A DNA stretch of 64,000 nucleotides from an uncultured Nitrososphaeraceae archaeon (GCA_963765895.1 CAVXZB010000084.1:288001-352000), one strand, 5' to 3'; positions 11,065-22,850 are shown, counted from the stretch's first letter. Made by a program: numbers and translations. The notes: a model not told the origin generated them from the sequence alone.

Positions 11065-11628
11065 ATGGCACAGATGCCAGCACTAATTCCTAAAGAAGTA
11101 GAAATACAGAGACTGAAAAAGATATACATAATGGTCATTATGCTTGGTTCAATCGCAGCATCAGTAGAAGTAGACAATTTCGTTGATGGATCACTACATC
11201 AAACAGCTATTAGAGATAGCGCATTTACACCAGCTCACTGGTGGTTGTACAGTCACTTTATCGCTCTCCCATTAGGATGGGGATTTGTGGCAATGTACGA
11301 CAGAAGAGTGCCTATTCTAAGAGGACCAAATAACTCAATGAATACGGGCTTGAAGATAACTATCATCGGTTATCTAGCAACGATGTTTACGATTGGCATA
11401 AATGAACTGTGGCACTTCTGGTTCGTCGAAGAGATATTTTCAGTACCTAACCACTGGATGTTTAACATGGGAGTCGTAGTTGCTTTCATGGGAGCTCTTG
11501 CATATGTAGTGAGAGTTTACGCACGTTTAGTGGAGTTAGGGGCAGAAACGCCAGCAAGGAACCCATATGTAGCTGAAATGTACAAGCTAGCACTAGAAGG
11601 TAAATTATATAGTAGGTCCATCCCGTAA
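11065..11628 (+). CDS. amoC: Archaeal ammonia monooxygenase subunit C
   Basis: MAQMPALIPKEVEIQRLKK start, VDNFVDGSLHQTAIRDSAFTPAHWWLYSHF, NELWHFWFVEEIFSVPNHWMF; 187 aa. Confidence 0.98.
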   Translation: MAQMPALIPKEVEIQRLKKIYIMVIMLGSIAASVEVDNFVDGSLHQTAIRDSAFTPAHWWLYSHFIALPLGWGFVAMYDRRVPILRGPNNSMNTGLKITIIGYLATMFTIGINELWHFWFVEEIFSVPNHWMFNMGVVVAFMGALAYVVRVYARLVELGAETPARNPYVAEMYKLALEGKLYSRSIP

Positions 11629-12054
11629 TACGACGATATTGAGTTCAAACCGACCGTAAGTCAAAAGTATCCATTCTCCTTTTTTTGAAATTAGAGAAAT
11701 TAGATTTAAGTGTTCAAAAGTTATTATAGCTTCCAGTTTAGGCTTTTGTGCAATAGCAGTACCTGATTTCATACGAATTGATATATCATTGCTGGTCCAG
11801 AATCCTGTAGCCAGGAATTCAATCATTCCACATTCATATCTTATCTGAACAAATAATAATAACAATAATAATAATTTAGAACGGCTTCGCTCAAAACGCA
11901 GCAAACTCAATTGCAATTAATTAAAGTCCCAATTGGAAGCGTTTCAACTATTAATATTTACCAATCAGATTTGTTGATATTTGTTCTTCTATCGGAGCAG
12001 AGATCGATATGTGATTGATAAGATGAGTCCTCATATATTTGATAACTGCCTTAC

Positions 12055-12315
12055 TTATTTAACACTGGTGCTGCTCAATTCATCAATATTATTGTAGAGA
12101 TCCAGATATTGTATCCCCTTGGTGGTTGTTTTATAGACTTGATTAATTTCTTCATATTGTAGCAGATCGTTTTGTGACAGTATCAAAAGATATTCCTTAA
12201 GTTGGGCAAAGGATAAGAAGGCTTTATACATAATCTTAGTCTTGGTAGATCCACCTTCCTTGTTTGCACTTTCTAAAATCATTGCAATTATATCGGTTCT
12301 GCTCCTATATTTCAA
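12055..12315 (-). CDS. Small winged-helix DNA-binding protein (archaeal YRSRxDII..IL family)
   Basis: MKYRSRTDIIAMILE...TKTKIMYKAFLSFAQLKEYL...YKTTTKG. Confidence 0.85.
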   Translation of the reverse strand: MKYRSRTDIIAMILESANKEGGSTKTKIMYKAFLSFAQLKEYLLILSQNDLLQYEEINQVYKTTTKGIQYLDLYNNIDELSSTSVK

Positions 12316-12649
12316 GTGGCCAACTATAATTTAGATAATAACTATTTATGATATGCTAACATAATTACCTAGCTTCATTTAAATCTCTATCTTACGTATT
12401 TATATTAGATAAGATTTCTATTCCATTTACTTAATTGTATTTCTTCTCGATTTGAGTATTTGGCTAAAGAATAAGGAAATAACATTAATTGGTTTAGCCA
12501 GTTCCCAGATTGTCGTTTATAATACACACTTTATCGTATTGATCTAGTGCATGATACTGTCTAGATCTCTCATTTTGTCATTAGTCATGCAGTGGCAAAT
12601 GGGCTGGGTCCGGGGACCTGATTACATGAATATTCGGTACCTATTCGAA

Positions 12650-12856
12650 CTAGTATGAATGATATTCCAATTTATGAAGCCTTAGCTGTTTGAGAGTGGC
12701 AAATAGTTTACAGCATTTTTCACATTTCCACTGATTTGCTCTAGCCTGCTCGTAACTTGAATAAGTTGCCTCCTTGCTCTCGTACCTCTTTGTTTTAAAA
12801 TTGTATGTATAATGATTATAATTAACCTTATATTTTAACTTCGTTAAGTCTACCAT
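12650..12856 (-). CDS. Small C2H2 zinc-finger protein
   Basis: WKCEKCCKLFATLKQLRLHKLEYH: C-x2-C-x12-H-x4-H. Confidence 0.75.
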   Translation of the reverse strand: MVDLTKLKYKVNYNHYTYNFKTKRYESKEATYSSYEQARANQWKCEKCCKLFATLKQLRLHKLEYHSY

Positions 12857-13527
12857 GCTTTACTTTTATACATAGTACCATCTTAAAAATCAATATGCTA
12901 CTTCTCTAAATAACATTATGCAGTAACAAACTATTATTCTATTGTTACTTGGTTATCTTTCAATCAGATGATTTTTTTATCGCACAAGTATTGGTCTTCT
13001 TTTCATCCTATAACGTAGGAGAAGGGCTAATTAGATGTGAATTCTCGCAGACAAGTTAACCAAATTATAGTCAAACTTTAGTACTGATATTTAGATAAGT
13101 AAACTTTTTTCAGGCTAGTTAATTTTGACTGTTCTAAATCTGAATCTTAGTTTGTAACCAAGACACAATAATTGATTCTGTCATGAGGACTAAGACGAGG
13201 TAAGTTGTATTTACGATGCCAACTAGGATGCAGATGACCGTTAGCGTACATCGCAACATTTCGTACTCATTAAACAAAGAAGTTTTATGGTACAGTATAT
13301 GAATATTTGGCGTCAATTTGTAGATTTTGCGTATATCTAAGCAGTAATATTCATCATACATATAGCTCAGTAAGTGCATTAGGTAAGGTGTGGCGTACTG
13401 AAGATCAGATATACAGTATTGCAAACATACGTTTCAGGGAGGATGAAACAAACGTCATTAACGAACAAGATAAATAAAAAAAGATCTTCTTCTGAATCGA
13501 AGAATTACCAAATATAGTGACATGTAA

Positions 13528-14355
13528 ATGGAATGGGGATGGAGAAAAAGTGGCTCTCGGCGGAATGAGTTAAGAAAGCTTGATCTGGATAATATAGCTA
13601 ACGTTACCCTCTTTATTGCAGTGTTTATAGGAATATGGCAAATAGTATTTTTATTCAACGTGTGGCCTAAGGTGGCATTACCTTCTCCGGCAATGGTTTC
13701 AAGCTCGTTTGAAGGACTAATACAGGATAGGACTCTCATCGATGGTATAGCAGTTACAATGTATCGGCTTATTATTGGATTCTCGATATCAATCATCATT
13801 GGCATTGTAATTGGATTGGCCATGGTAAAATTCTCAGGTTTCGGAAAAACAATGAGTTCGTTTGCGGTTGGACTGCAATCTTTTCCAAGTGTGGCATGGG
13901 TGCCATTTGCAATTCTGTTAATTGGGTTAAATGATTTTGGTATATTATTCGTAGTTATAATGAGTTCGGTTTTTTCCGTCATGATGTCTACCTACAGTGG
14001 AGTACGCAATATACCGCATATTTACATACGCGCTGCCAGAAATATGGGGGCAAAGGGTTTTTCACTTTTCTGGTATCTTATGATTCCAGCAGCTACTCCT
14101 TCTTTGCTCATTGGTTTAAAACAAGCGTGGTCTTTTGCCTGGCATGCATTAATAGGAGCTGAAATACTTATAGCAGCATCTGTGGGCTTAGGCCACGTGC
14201 TCTTAGTTGGCAGAGAATTTCAGCTAATGGATCAAATAATTGCCTCAATGATTACGATATTTGTTATCGGATTAATATTTGACCGACTCCTATTTTCTAA
14301 ATTGGAAGACAGAGTAAGAGAAAAATGGGGATTGAATCAGACTACAGAACATTAA
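13528..14355 (+). CDS. ABC transporter permease, NitT/TauT (SsuC-like) family
   Basis: LPSPAMV, LQSFPSVAWVP, EAA-like loop YIRAARNMGA, and AWHALIGAEILIAASVGLG. Confidence 0.9.
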   Translation: MEWGWRKSGSRRNELRKLDLDNIANVTLFIAVFIGIWQIVFLFNVWPKVALPSPAMVSSSFEGLIQDRTLIDGIAVTMYRLIIGFSISIIIGIVIGLAMVKFSGFGKTMSSFAVGLQSFPSVAWVPFAILLIGLNDFGILFVVIMSSVFSVMMSTYSGVRNIPHIYIRAARNMGAKGFSLFWYLMIPAATPSLLIGLKQAWSFAWHALIGAEILIAASVGLGHVLLVGREFQLMDQIIASMITIFVIGLIFDRLLFSKLEDRVREKWGLNQTTEH

Positions 14356-14578
14356 CATATGCTTCAAAAAAGCATTGTAGTCCTATATAAGAATCAAATG
14401 ACTGTGGATATGATATTTTACCTTCATGATAGCACATAGATGCTGTTGAAAATTGACTAGGGAAGGAAATTCTTGCAAAAATAAACTTGTACATTCATTA
14501 CACAAGAATGGAGAAAATCTTTTGGATGTTCTAATTATCGTAGCATTAATAAGCTTTTATACAGACAGAATAATAGTC

Positions 14579-14755
14579 ATGCGTCTATTCAATCGAAAGC
14601 AGGAAGGTAAGCAAGACCAAGAGACTGAACTTAAAGGTAAACCAGTTAAATGCAAGGAATGCGGCATGCAATTTGAAAGTAAAGAGAGACTCAAGGTACA
14701 TTCTAAGAAGGCTCATTCAGGAAGGGGAGAAAGGAAGAAAAAAACTGGGGCATAA
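14579..14755 (+). CDS. Small C2H2 zinc-finger protein
   Basis: KCKECGMQFESKERLKVHSKKAH. The start is placed at MRLFNRK within ORF 14453-14755. Confidence 0.75.
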   Translation: MRLFNRKQEGKQDQETELKGKPVKCKECGMQFESKERLKVHSKKAHSGRGERKKKTGA

Positions 14756-15822
14756 TGCATACTATTAACGAGGTACGAGATTTGCAGAGTTGAATTAAAA
14801 TCCTAATCACTATGTTGTGACGAGCTCGCTACAGCATGTAGACTTGAACAGCTTGGAGATGACAGTGGCATAAGGCCAGCAGATATGTTGGCATAGCTGT
14901 ATTCATTAATTAGAGTATTAAAAAATTTTTTTATGGAATAGATACCATGGTGGTATATTGTAATTGATTTTCTTGGAAATACAAAATGGTTCTGAATGTG
15001 AGCACTAATATAATGAGGCATAGTTACCCAGTCTCAAAATGGTAATCGAGTTTCGAGAATAGATGACATGAACGCCTCCTATAGTTCAGAATCTACATTC
15101 TCTTCGTCTATTTGCGACAGATGCAAAAGCAACAAAAATGATCTCCACTATATTTTATTTAGACAGTTTGCACAGGCATCTCATCAACAGTATAATGAAT
15201 GGTACATTGTCAAAGAATGCACAATAGGCATAACAGTTGTTATTCGTTTCTAATTGAGATTTAATAGGGCAGCTACTGAGGAAATCATTCTTTTACGAAT
15301 TCCATCTATGGATTATCCAATGATAAGATTTAACTACATTGCATTGAGTTTGGAAGCCATTTTCCAATCTGGCCTACTCCCCATTGTTTTTTGTCTTCCA
15401 TGATATACATTTAGGTTAATACCGCTAATTCGATCCATCGGTCAAACTTTGGCAATCAATACAGATGACACAGACAGAACGTAATATGCGATCCAGATCA
15501 TATTAAATAGTATAACTAGTACAAGAATTCACAACGACCAATCACACTACCAATATAATCTATTTCTAGCATTAATTAACTGGGCTATCATTTGGTACTA
15601 ATGATAACATTGTCGCTTCTAGCAATAGCAACTATCATTAGCAACGATTAGTTCACAGGACAGATCTACCGACAATGGCAAAAAATGATTAATATAATAT
15701 AATGCGATGCTATGTACTTATTCATACCTTTATAGTTCGTTATAGCAGTAAGTGCCTCTGGTGGAAAATACGGTGAAACGATCATGCGAGAAAAGCTATA
15801 TGTACAAAGCAATAGATACAAC

Positions 15823-16014
15823 TTATCCTCTTATTGGTACATACGGCAATGGTATTCCCCATGTATCTTTCCACTTAAAGTTGCAGCCATGACAGACAAC
15901 AACCTGAATTGCATGACCATTTATAACTTGATATCTTTCAAGACTCAAGCACTCGCAATTACATTTTGGGCAAGAGTATTGATGTTCATCTTGTTCCGTA
16001 TTCCAATCCTCCAT
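15823..16014 (-). CDS. Small zinc-ribbon protein
   Basis: CPKC...CHGCNFKW pair of CxxC motifs. The start is placed at MEDWN. Confidence 0.6.
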   Translation of the reverse strand: MEDWNTEQDEHQYSCPKCNCECLSLERYQVINGHAIQVVVCHGCNFKWKDTWGIPLPYVPIRG

Positions 16015-16774
16015 ATAGTTACCTGATTCTCTTTTTTCAACCAACACGCAATTCAGTATTATCGATTCAATATATTCACTATTCGAAGCTAAGTCTAATG
16101 CGTATCGATAAATAATTAATTCCATAAAATATACTCTTTATTAACTTACTGTACTATAATGAATTAACTTTGTTTAGACATTTCGTCAAGATGTACTAGT
16201 TGAAATTGAAGGCCTCATTTATCATACAAAAGTCGATAAATCCGTTATTTTAGACAACGTTCACCACGGTAATGATCTTTAATATTCTGAAAAATTCGAT
16301 GCTCTGCGGTTATACATTTCGATAATGTGACTAGTAAACTGAAGAAAAGACACAGATAGATAATTGCTCTAACTATATGTTATCCAATTTTATGTAGATC
16401 GTATGGTGACAACTTTCATCTTTTTCGAATAGCTTTGGCCTACATACAATGATCCTTGTGTTAAGTTATGGCATGATATCTTTTGAAGGCCGTGAACCCT
16501 TCTGATACCTTTGAAATATGAAATAGTTCAATTAAGTAATACAATATTTTTACGAAATTTCCCCAGCCTTTAATTATTATCTTCAAGGCGACTGCGCATC
16601 TTCAGCTAGAGATTTACCACTACGGGGCTGAGAAAAAATATCCAGAATTATTATGACTAAATGGCAAAAAACATGTTATATGATCTTGAGAACTCAAATC
16701 ATCTATCCCTTGTCTAGAACTCTCTCCTTCTTCTGGAGAATATATTGGATTAAAGCGAATTAAGGTCTCTTTGG

Positions 16775-17053
16775 TTACGTGATATTCTTGTTATCTGATT
16801 TACTTTTCTTGTCTATCATATCATTCAAAATAGTATATATATGCAGAAAATGCAGTCCCTTATCTGTTGTTCTATAGGTTTGCCCTTGTTTAGAAAATTG
16901 TATCAGTTGCCTATCCAATAGAAGAGAAAGATATTCCTTTAGCTGTTGATGAGAGAGAAATGCACCATACATTATCTTCGTTTTAAGTACAGTACCTTCG
17001 CTGGCAACCTCCAGTATCCTTGCAATGATTTCAGTCCTTGTTCGGTACCTCAT
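16775..17053 (-). CDS. Small winged-helix DNA-binding protein (paralogue of 12055-12315)
   Basis: MRYRTRTEIIARILE...KTKIMYGAFLSHQQLKEYL...YRTTDKG. The start was chosen by alignment to the paralogue. Confidence 0.85.
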   Translation of the reverse strand: MRYRTRTEIIARILEVASEGTVLKTKIMYGAFLSHQQLKEYLSLLLDRQLIQFSKQGQTYRTTDKGLHFLHIYTILNDMIDKKSKSDNKNIT

Positions 17054-17792
17054 GCTGAGACTTTTTATCAATTTATTACACTCAATACGATAATAAAAAG
17101 TAGCGCATTTTTTCTCTATAAAGTATATTGATAATAATGTATTTTCTTCGCACTGTAGAATCATTACTCTGCGTGAGTTTTCAGTTAATCACGCTCTAAC
17201 AAGTCTAAAATCCTTGACATAATCATCTCTGAACTAGAGTAATACTTGAATCGATTCTGGAAAGCATAATCCTTCTTAAACCTGTCCGTCTGTGATTTAT
17301 CTGCATTATAATACACTTTGATCATCCAAACCATCCTATGTACAATGGATGGAAGACTTGGTAACAAAGATAATAAGAGGTTCCAAATATACTACTGAGA
17401 TGTGATTGCGCCTATTTATTCAAGCTAATCTAACTACACAGTTTGGCTTCTTTTCGTGATATTTCTATTACTTAGACAACGGCATATTTTGTAGAGTTCA
17501 TGAATTTAAGAATGTAATAAATGTGATACTCGAGAAGTGATTATGATCGTGCACATCATAATCATGAAGCTTCTAATTCGCTTGTCCGAATTCCTCAATC
17601 TAGGACATAATGCGTCACACGGACTCTATCAATACTCTGCAAAAAAAAATAAGATGTGAAGGAGAGCACCTGATCTCAACTCGGACACTAATGAGCCATT
17701 AATATGTTCTTATCTGCATAGGTCTACTGTGGATTAATTAGAAAGTCGCGCATAAACCTGTACGATATAGGTCAAAAATTACCAACATGGGC

Positions 17793-19082
17793 CTAATATG
17801 CTCTGAACCTCTCTCCCAGGACGTAAGATGCTATCTTAAGTTCCAGAACCTCGTTCGCCCCTTCATAAATAGTAATTGCTCTAGAGTCCAAGAAGTGTCG
17901 TGCGACTCGATTGGTCTTTTTATAAGCAAATGATCCGAAAATCTGAACCGCTCTGTTTGATGCGTTAAACGCAGCATTACTTGCAGAAAACTTCACTAAG
18001 GCAGACAGGTTATCAGCTTCAGCCCTCAATACAGAATATTCTCTATTATTTCTAGTCATTTTTAATTGCCATCGATCATCTCTCATCTTTAAACCTTCGA
18101 TATAGTTTTGGAGTTTTTGTCTGACAAACGCAGCCCGGTATATTAGCCATCTAGACTTTTCTATATTCAAAATTATTTTCGCAATATGTTGTTGGATTAA
18201 TTGCTTTTTTGCTAAAAGTGAACCATGTTGGACCCTTGTCTTGGCGTGAGACACAGATTCGTTCAGACAGTCTTTCATTACACCTATTGCGCCGGCTGCT
18301 ACACTAAGCCGTCCATCGATGAGTGCACTGTAGGCGATATTTAGACCCTGACCTTTTTGACCAAGCAAATTTGTTTTTGGAATAATGCAATTATGGAACG
18401 AAATCTCGGCATTTTTCACAGTCAACATTCCGATCTTATTTTTCATTTCTCTTATATTGATGCCCTGGGAATCAGTGTCAACAAGGAATGCTGATATATT
18501 CTTGCTGTTATTGCCAGTTCCTCCGATTTCCCTTGCATAAGTAGTGAGTAAATCCGCAACGCTTCCATTCCCTATCCAGTGTTTTTTTCCGTTTATAACA
18601 AAATGATCACCTTTATCTTCAAAACTGGTAGTGATAGAAGATGGATCACTTCCGGCGTTAGGCTCCGTAAGTGCAAATGCCATTATGTTTTTGCCCGTAG
18701 TAGTACATGGTAAATATCGCTTTTGTTGTTCATGGTTCCCCCATGTCTGAAGAATCATCTCACCAATTGAGATATGCGCCGAGAAAAAAGTTCTTAATGA
18801 ATTCCCTTCTTCACCTAATCTTTCTATTGCGAGAAGGTAGGTGAGAATGTCATATCCTAGTCCCCCATATTTTCTAGATATAGGGCATCCCAGCATGCCA
18901 ACTTTATTGAATTCAGAAATTATTTTCTTGTTAAATATTTCTTTCAAGTAACATTGTTCTTCAAATGGACGAATTATTTTGCATATCTCGTCAACTTCCT
19001 TTAAGAAACGTTCTTGTTTCCTTGAGGTTTCGAAATTCATAATAGATAAATTGGAATAATTCCTCATCGATTTACTTATCAA
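17793..19082 (-). CDS. Acyl-CoA dehydrogenase family protein
   Basis: YGGLG, AFALTEPNAGSD, INGKKHWIGNG, GRLSVAAGAIG, AVQIFG and IYEGANEV motifs. Confidence 0.93.
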   Translation of the reverse strand: MISKSMRNYSNLSIMNFETSRKQERFLKEVDEICKIIRPFEEQCYLKEIFNKKIISEFNKVGMLGCPISRKYGGLGYDILTYLLAIERLGEEGNSLRTFFSAHISIGEMILQTWGNHEQQKRYLPCTTTGKNIMAFALTEPNAGSDPSSITTSFEDKGDHFVINGKKHWIGNGSVADLLTTYAREIGGTGNNSKNISAFLVDTDSQGINIREMKNKIGMLTVKNAEISFHNCIIPKTNLLGQKGQGLNIAYSALIDGRLSVAAGAIGVMKDCLNESVSHAKTRVQHGSLLAKKQLIQQHIAKIILNIEKSRWLIYRAAFVRQKLQNYIEGLKMRDDRWQLKMTRNNREYSVLRAEADNLSALVKFSASNAAFNASNRAVQIFGSFAYKKTNRVARHFLDSRAITIYEGANEVLELKIASYVLGERFRAY

Positions 19083-19362
19083 GAAGTCTATTAAAGCTTG
19101 CTATGTCGTTTTAGGTCGTTTGATTGGTGTCCCTTTTAGTAATTAATCCTAACTTCCATCCGTCTCACCTTTTGAGACGCACTTGCACATAGCAACTTCA
19201 CTCTAGACAGCAATTAAGTAGCACTGTGGCTTCATTCCCACATGAGAATGTCCAGATAAACAGTAGTGGTATAAAAAGTAAAATAGTTATTATATATCGG
19301 TGTTATACAAACGGCATAGGGTTTAAATACTTTCGATATGAAACGACATTCAGTGAAAAAAG

Positions 19363-19656
19363 ATGCCAGTCGCAATAATTCCAGATATTAGCGAACAACA
19401 CTGTATAGGCTGTGCGCTCTGCGTTGAGATTTGCACTGCTCTTGGTCCAGATGTTCTTAGAGTGAAACCTGTAGAAGGATGGAAGAGGGGTAAAGCCTTT
19501 GTATTTTATCCAGAGAGGTGTATTTCTGATGGTGCCTGCATCGGAGTTTGTCCAACAAAGGCAATATTTTGGATGAGGCCAATGGATTACACACCGGGGC
19601 AGCCAATTCCATTGAAGAAGAATGCGGTATTTGTCAAGGGCTGGGAAGAGGGTTAA
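19363..19656 (+). CDS. 4Fe-4S dicluster ferredoxin
   Basis: CIGCALCVEIC and CISDGACIGVCP motifs. Confidence 0.92.
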   Translation: MPVAIIPDISEQHCIGCALCVEICTALGPDVLRVKPVEGWKRGKAFVFYPERCISDGACIGVCPTKAIFWMRPMDYTPGQPIPLKKNAVFVKGWEEG

Positions 19657-20157
19657 TTAGTTTAGCCCCTTTAAAGTCCTAAATCTCTTTTTTTGATACA
19701 AATTCTATAAATTACTTATTAGGTTTATAGTCTAATTAATGGCGCATTTATTTTTATTCTCTAACGCATTAATTCATTCGTTGAACCTTAGATCTGTCTA
19801 GACAATATCATTTCAGAAGGTGATAATACAATGCCCCCTCATGGATTTTCTGATTACCAATCCTAATGCGGAGGCCAAAATCAGAGTGAAGTCTGAATTG
19901 GGAGCCTATAATAATTTTGAGCATAATTGATAAAGATAAAGATAAAGATAAAGACATGTCACTTGCCTGCATTAATTAGGTTAATACTTTGAAAGCGTAT
20001 ATTAACAACTGGATAGAAAGATATGAAATTTTGGCCAAATTCACGAGTTTATAAATACAATAACTATGATAAATTCACAAATCATTCTCGTCATAATTTT
20101 GACAAATGATAGATGTTCACAATAACTTAATTTACACATATCATAATAACTGTTATA

Positions 20158-20838
20158 ATGCAGCTCATAAAAAAGCTGGAAATAAAGTCAAGGAAGAAAA
20201 TTATTGAATTTCTCAACGAGCAACCGGTTGGCAGGATAGCTTCTATCGATAAAAATGGTTATCCACAAATTATACCGATGAATTTTGTGTATTCATCTAT
20301 AGAGGGTGCCACGAGTGATATGAACAACAAAATAAGTAGAGACGCCGTTTATATGCATTCTCATCGGTCTGGAGAAAAGCTTGACAATATTCGAGTAAAC
20401 CCTAAAGTAGGGTTCGAAGTTGATCAACATATATGCTTTTTGCCCTCTTATTATTTTCATCCCCACGATGCTTCACAGGCTGACACCCTGTATATCAGTG
20501 TAGTCATAAAGGGAGAAGCTGAGATTATTAATGACTGCGAAGAGAAGACCTTTGCATTAAATATGTTAATGCAAAAATACCAAAATAGGGACAGATATCA
20601 GGAACTTAACCCATTGATGCCATCTGTACGCGAAGTTGCTGTGGTTAAAATATCACCACACGAAATCCACGGAAAATACAAAATAGGTCAACAATGGACA
20701 CCATCTTACAGGCTAAAAATTGCCAAAGCTATTGTTAATAGGGAGGAAAAATACGAGGTAAAAAAGATTTTGAATATTATGAGGATAGAAATACTATCCG
20801 ATGGAAACCTCAAAATAATCGAGGAACCACTAATGTAG
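20158..20838 (+). CDS. Pyridoxamine 5'-phosphate oxidase-like (NimA-type) flavin-binding protein
   Basis: GRIASIDKNGYPQIIPMNF, GEKLDNIRVNPKVGFEVD and YISVVIKGEA. Confidence 0.87.
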   Translation: MQLIKKLEIKSRKKIIEFLNEQPVGRIASIDKNGYPQIIPMNFVYSSIEGATSDMNNKISRDAVYMHSHRSGEKLDNIRVNPKVGFEVDQHICFLPSYYFHPHDASQADTLYISVVIKGEAEIINDCEEKTFALNMLMQKYQNRDRYQELNPLMPSVREVAVVKISPHEIHGKYKIGQQWTPSYRLKIAKAIVNREEKYEVKKILNIMRIEILSDGNLKIIEEPLM

Positions 20839-20892
20839 TACCCCTTATTACCATACTGTTCAATCAAATCAGTAGTAACTATTATATGTTCA

Positions 20893-21324
20893 TCATTTAT
20901 GCCCACAGATCTGAAAAGTGAACATGGTATATCCTACGATTTTGCCGGAACGCCTATAGGGATAGAAATTGTTTGTATCTTTCGGCATTAGCTCACTTTT
21001 AAGCTGCAAAGCATCAGATTTAGATATTTTAATCATGGCCAAGCGATCATCTAATATATCCTTCCAAGGGATTTCAGAAGATGGAGTCTTGATTCTTACA
21101 ATCATTACAATTATTCTTGCCGGAAACTCCTCGTCTACGATGACCGAATACTCAAAATCGTCCCTTTCACCAAATGGATCTGACACAGTGTATGGATCAA
21201 TCTGTACATATCGTCTCAACTTAGCTCTAATTGAATATGATAGTGCGGTCATTATGACAATATCAGTTGTCCCTAATTTCTTAACCTCTTCGATTGTAGG
21301 AGGCTTCAAGGGTGTTATTAACAC
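20893..21324 (-). CDS. Hypothetical protein
   Basis: 143-aa ORF with normal composition, convergent with the upstream gene; no recognisable motif. Confidence 0.6.
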   Translation of the reverse strand: MLITPLKPPTIEEVKKLGTTDIVIMTALSYSIRAKLRRYVQIDPYTVSDPFGERDDFEYSVIVDEEFPARIIVMIVRIKTPSSEIPWKDILDDRLAMIKISKSDALQLKSELMPKDTNNFYPYRRSGKIVGYTMFTFQICGHK

Positions 21325-21598
21325 AAAATGTTATATTTATTATCATTATATAATTTGATCTCTGACATAAATTCTGATTATTACGCCACATATTTTTCTC
21401 CCCGCATTGGTTAATGCGTCAGAGTTTCGTTAAATATTTCCAATAGTATATCACATTGAAATTATTACAACATAATGCATTCATCTTGCAGCCTAGCATC
21501 CGAGTCTCATAATACAATAGTGTTTTGATGTGGGGCGTATGTAGTAAGCTTGAATGCAATTTTATTTAGGCAGGTATTGCATTTAATAGAGATAATTT

Positions 21599-22432
21599 AT
21601 GATTGAGATCTCTGTAGGGCATACTCCTGATGCAGATGACGCGTTTATGTTTTATGGAATCGTATCAGGTAAAGCTAAAAGTTCAAACTTCAAAATAAAG
21701 CATATAGTAAAAGACATAGAGACACTAAATGAGGCAGCATTTAGACATGAACTCCATATTACAGCAATTTCTGCACACGCGTATTACTATTTAAGTGATT
21801 ATCAAATACTTCGTACTGGTGGGAGCTTTGGATCAAATTATGGACCTATCGTCCTATCCAAAAAGCAACAAACACAAATCCAATTGAGAGATAGCGTTAT
21901 TGCCATCCCAGGAAAATTGACTACTGCGGCTTTACTCTTGAGACTTGCACTTGGGGGTTCATTCACAGAAAAAGAAATGCGTTTTGAACTTATACCAGAA
22001 GCAATTCAGAATGGGCTAGTAGATGCAGGGCTTGTAATACATGAAGCTCAGATTGCATATGATAAGTCAAAGTTCGAGAAAGTTCTGGATCTCGGATCTT
22101 GGTGGAACACTGAAACTAATGGATTACCTCTTCCTCTTGGAATCAATATAGCCAGTATTAGGCTGATGAATCAACCCCAGATAGAGGCTTTTCAAGATAT
22201 GTTGAGGAATTCAATACTTTACGGTATGAATAATATCGATGAAGCTGTAGATTATGCAATGAGTTATAGCCGAGGGCAATCAAAGGATATGATTACGAAA
22301 TTTGTTAAAATGTACGTAAATGACATAACTATAGATATGGGTAAAAGTGGTAAAAAAGCGCTTACGAGATTATTTGAGAAATCAAGGAGTGCAGGATTGT
22401 TGCAATCAGAGACTAGACTGAATTTTACATGA
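21599..22432 (+). CDS. mqnD: 1,4-dihydroxy-6-naphthoate synthase (futalosine menaquinone pathway)
   Basis: GHTPDADDAFMFY, DIETLN, GGSFGSNYGPIV, IAIPGKLTTA, DAGLVIHE, DLGSWW...LPLPLG and MYVN. Confidence 0.9.
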   Translation: MIEISVGHTPDADDAFMFYGIVSGKAKSSNFKIKHIVKDIETLNEAAFRHELHITAISAHAYYYLSDYQILRTGGSFGSNYGPIVLSKKQQTQIQLRDSVIAIPGKLTTAALLLRLALGGSFTEKEMRFELIPEAIQNGLVDAGLVIHEAQIAYDKSKFEKVLDLGSWWNTETNGLPLPLGINIASIRLMNQPQIEAFQDMLRNSILYGMNNIDEAVDYAMSYSRGQSKDMITKFVKMYVNDITIDMGKSGKKALTRLFEKSRSAGLLQSETRLNFT

Positions 22433-22604
22433 ATAGATGCTGATACATTGTTAGGTATAGTGCACTTTCACTGTTGCCAGATTTACATCTGCGCCGAAGA
22501 CTATAATACTTGCCAATTTGACATTATACTTTAAACAGAGTTAGCATCAACCCCCTCTATATCCAAAGCTGACTTATAATGCTGGAGGGGACAATAGCAG
22601 TATT

Positions 22605-22850
22605 CTAAAAATCGAAAACCGATAATTTATCACTAGGAATTTTCAGATGAAGCTGATGTTCGCTGAAAGAATCAACTTTTGACTTTGGTATCATGTACAT
22701 GCGTAACTTCACGATACTACCATCAATTACAATCAAGTTGTCTTTATACTCTGCCATAACATTTCCACAAAATGTTTGGTCGCTAGTCTTTACTGGTCTT
22801 TTCGTTTGTACCATCTCATCCCAATCCAAAGGTGGCGGTACAATCTCCAT
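22605..22850 (-). CDS. Small hypothetical protein (PRC-barrel-like)
   Basis: LDWDEMVQTKRPVKTSD...GNV...YMIPKSKVDSF pattern, typical of small beta-barrel proteins. Confidence 0.6.
   Translation of the reverse strand: MEIVPPPLDWDEMVQTKRPVKTSDQTFCGNVMAEYKDNLIVIDGSIVKLRMYMIPKSKVDSFSEHQLHLKIPSDKLSVFDF

Noticed and set aside
11605-11916. 103-aa minus-strand ORF overlapping the amoC end
   Set aside because: Low-complexity start from an AAT repeat, no motif; likely spurious.
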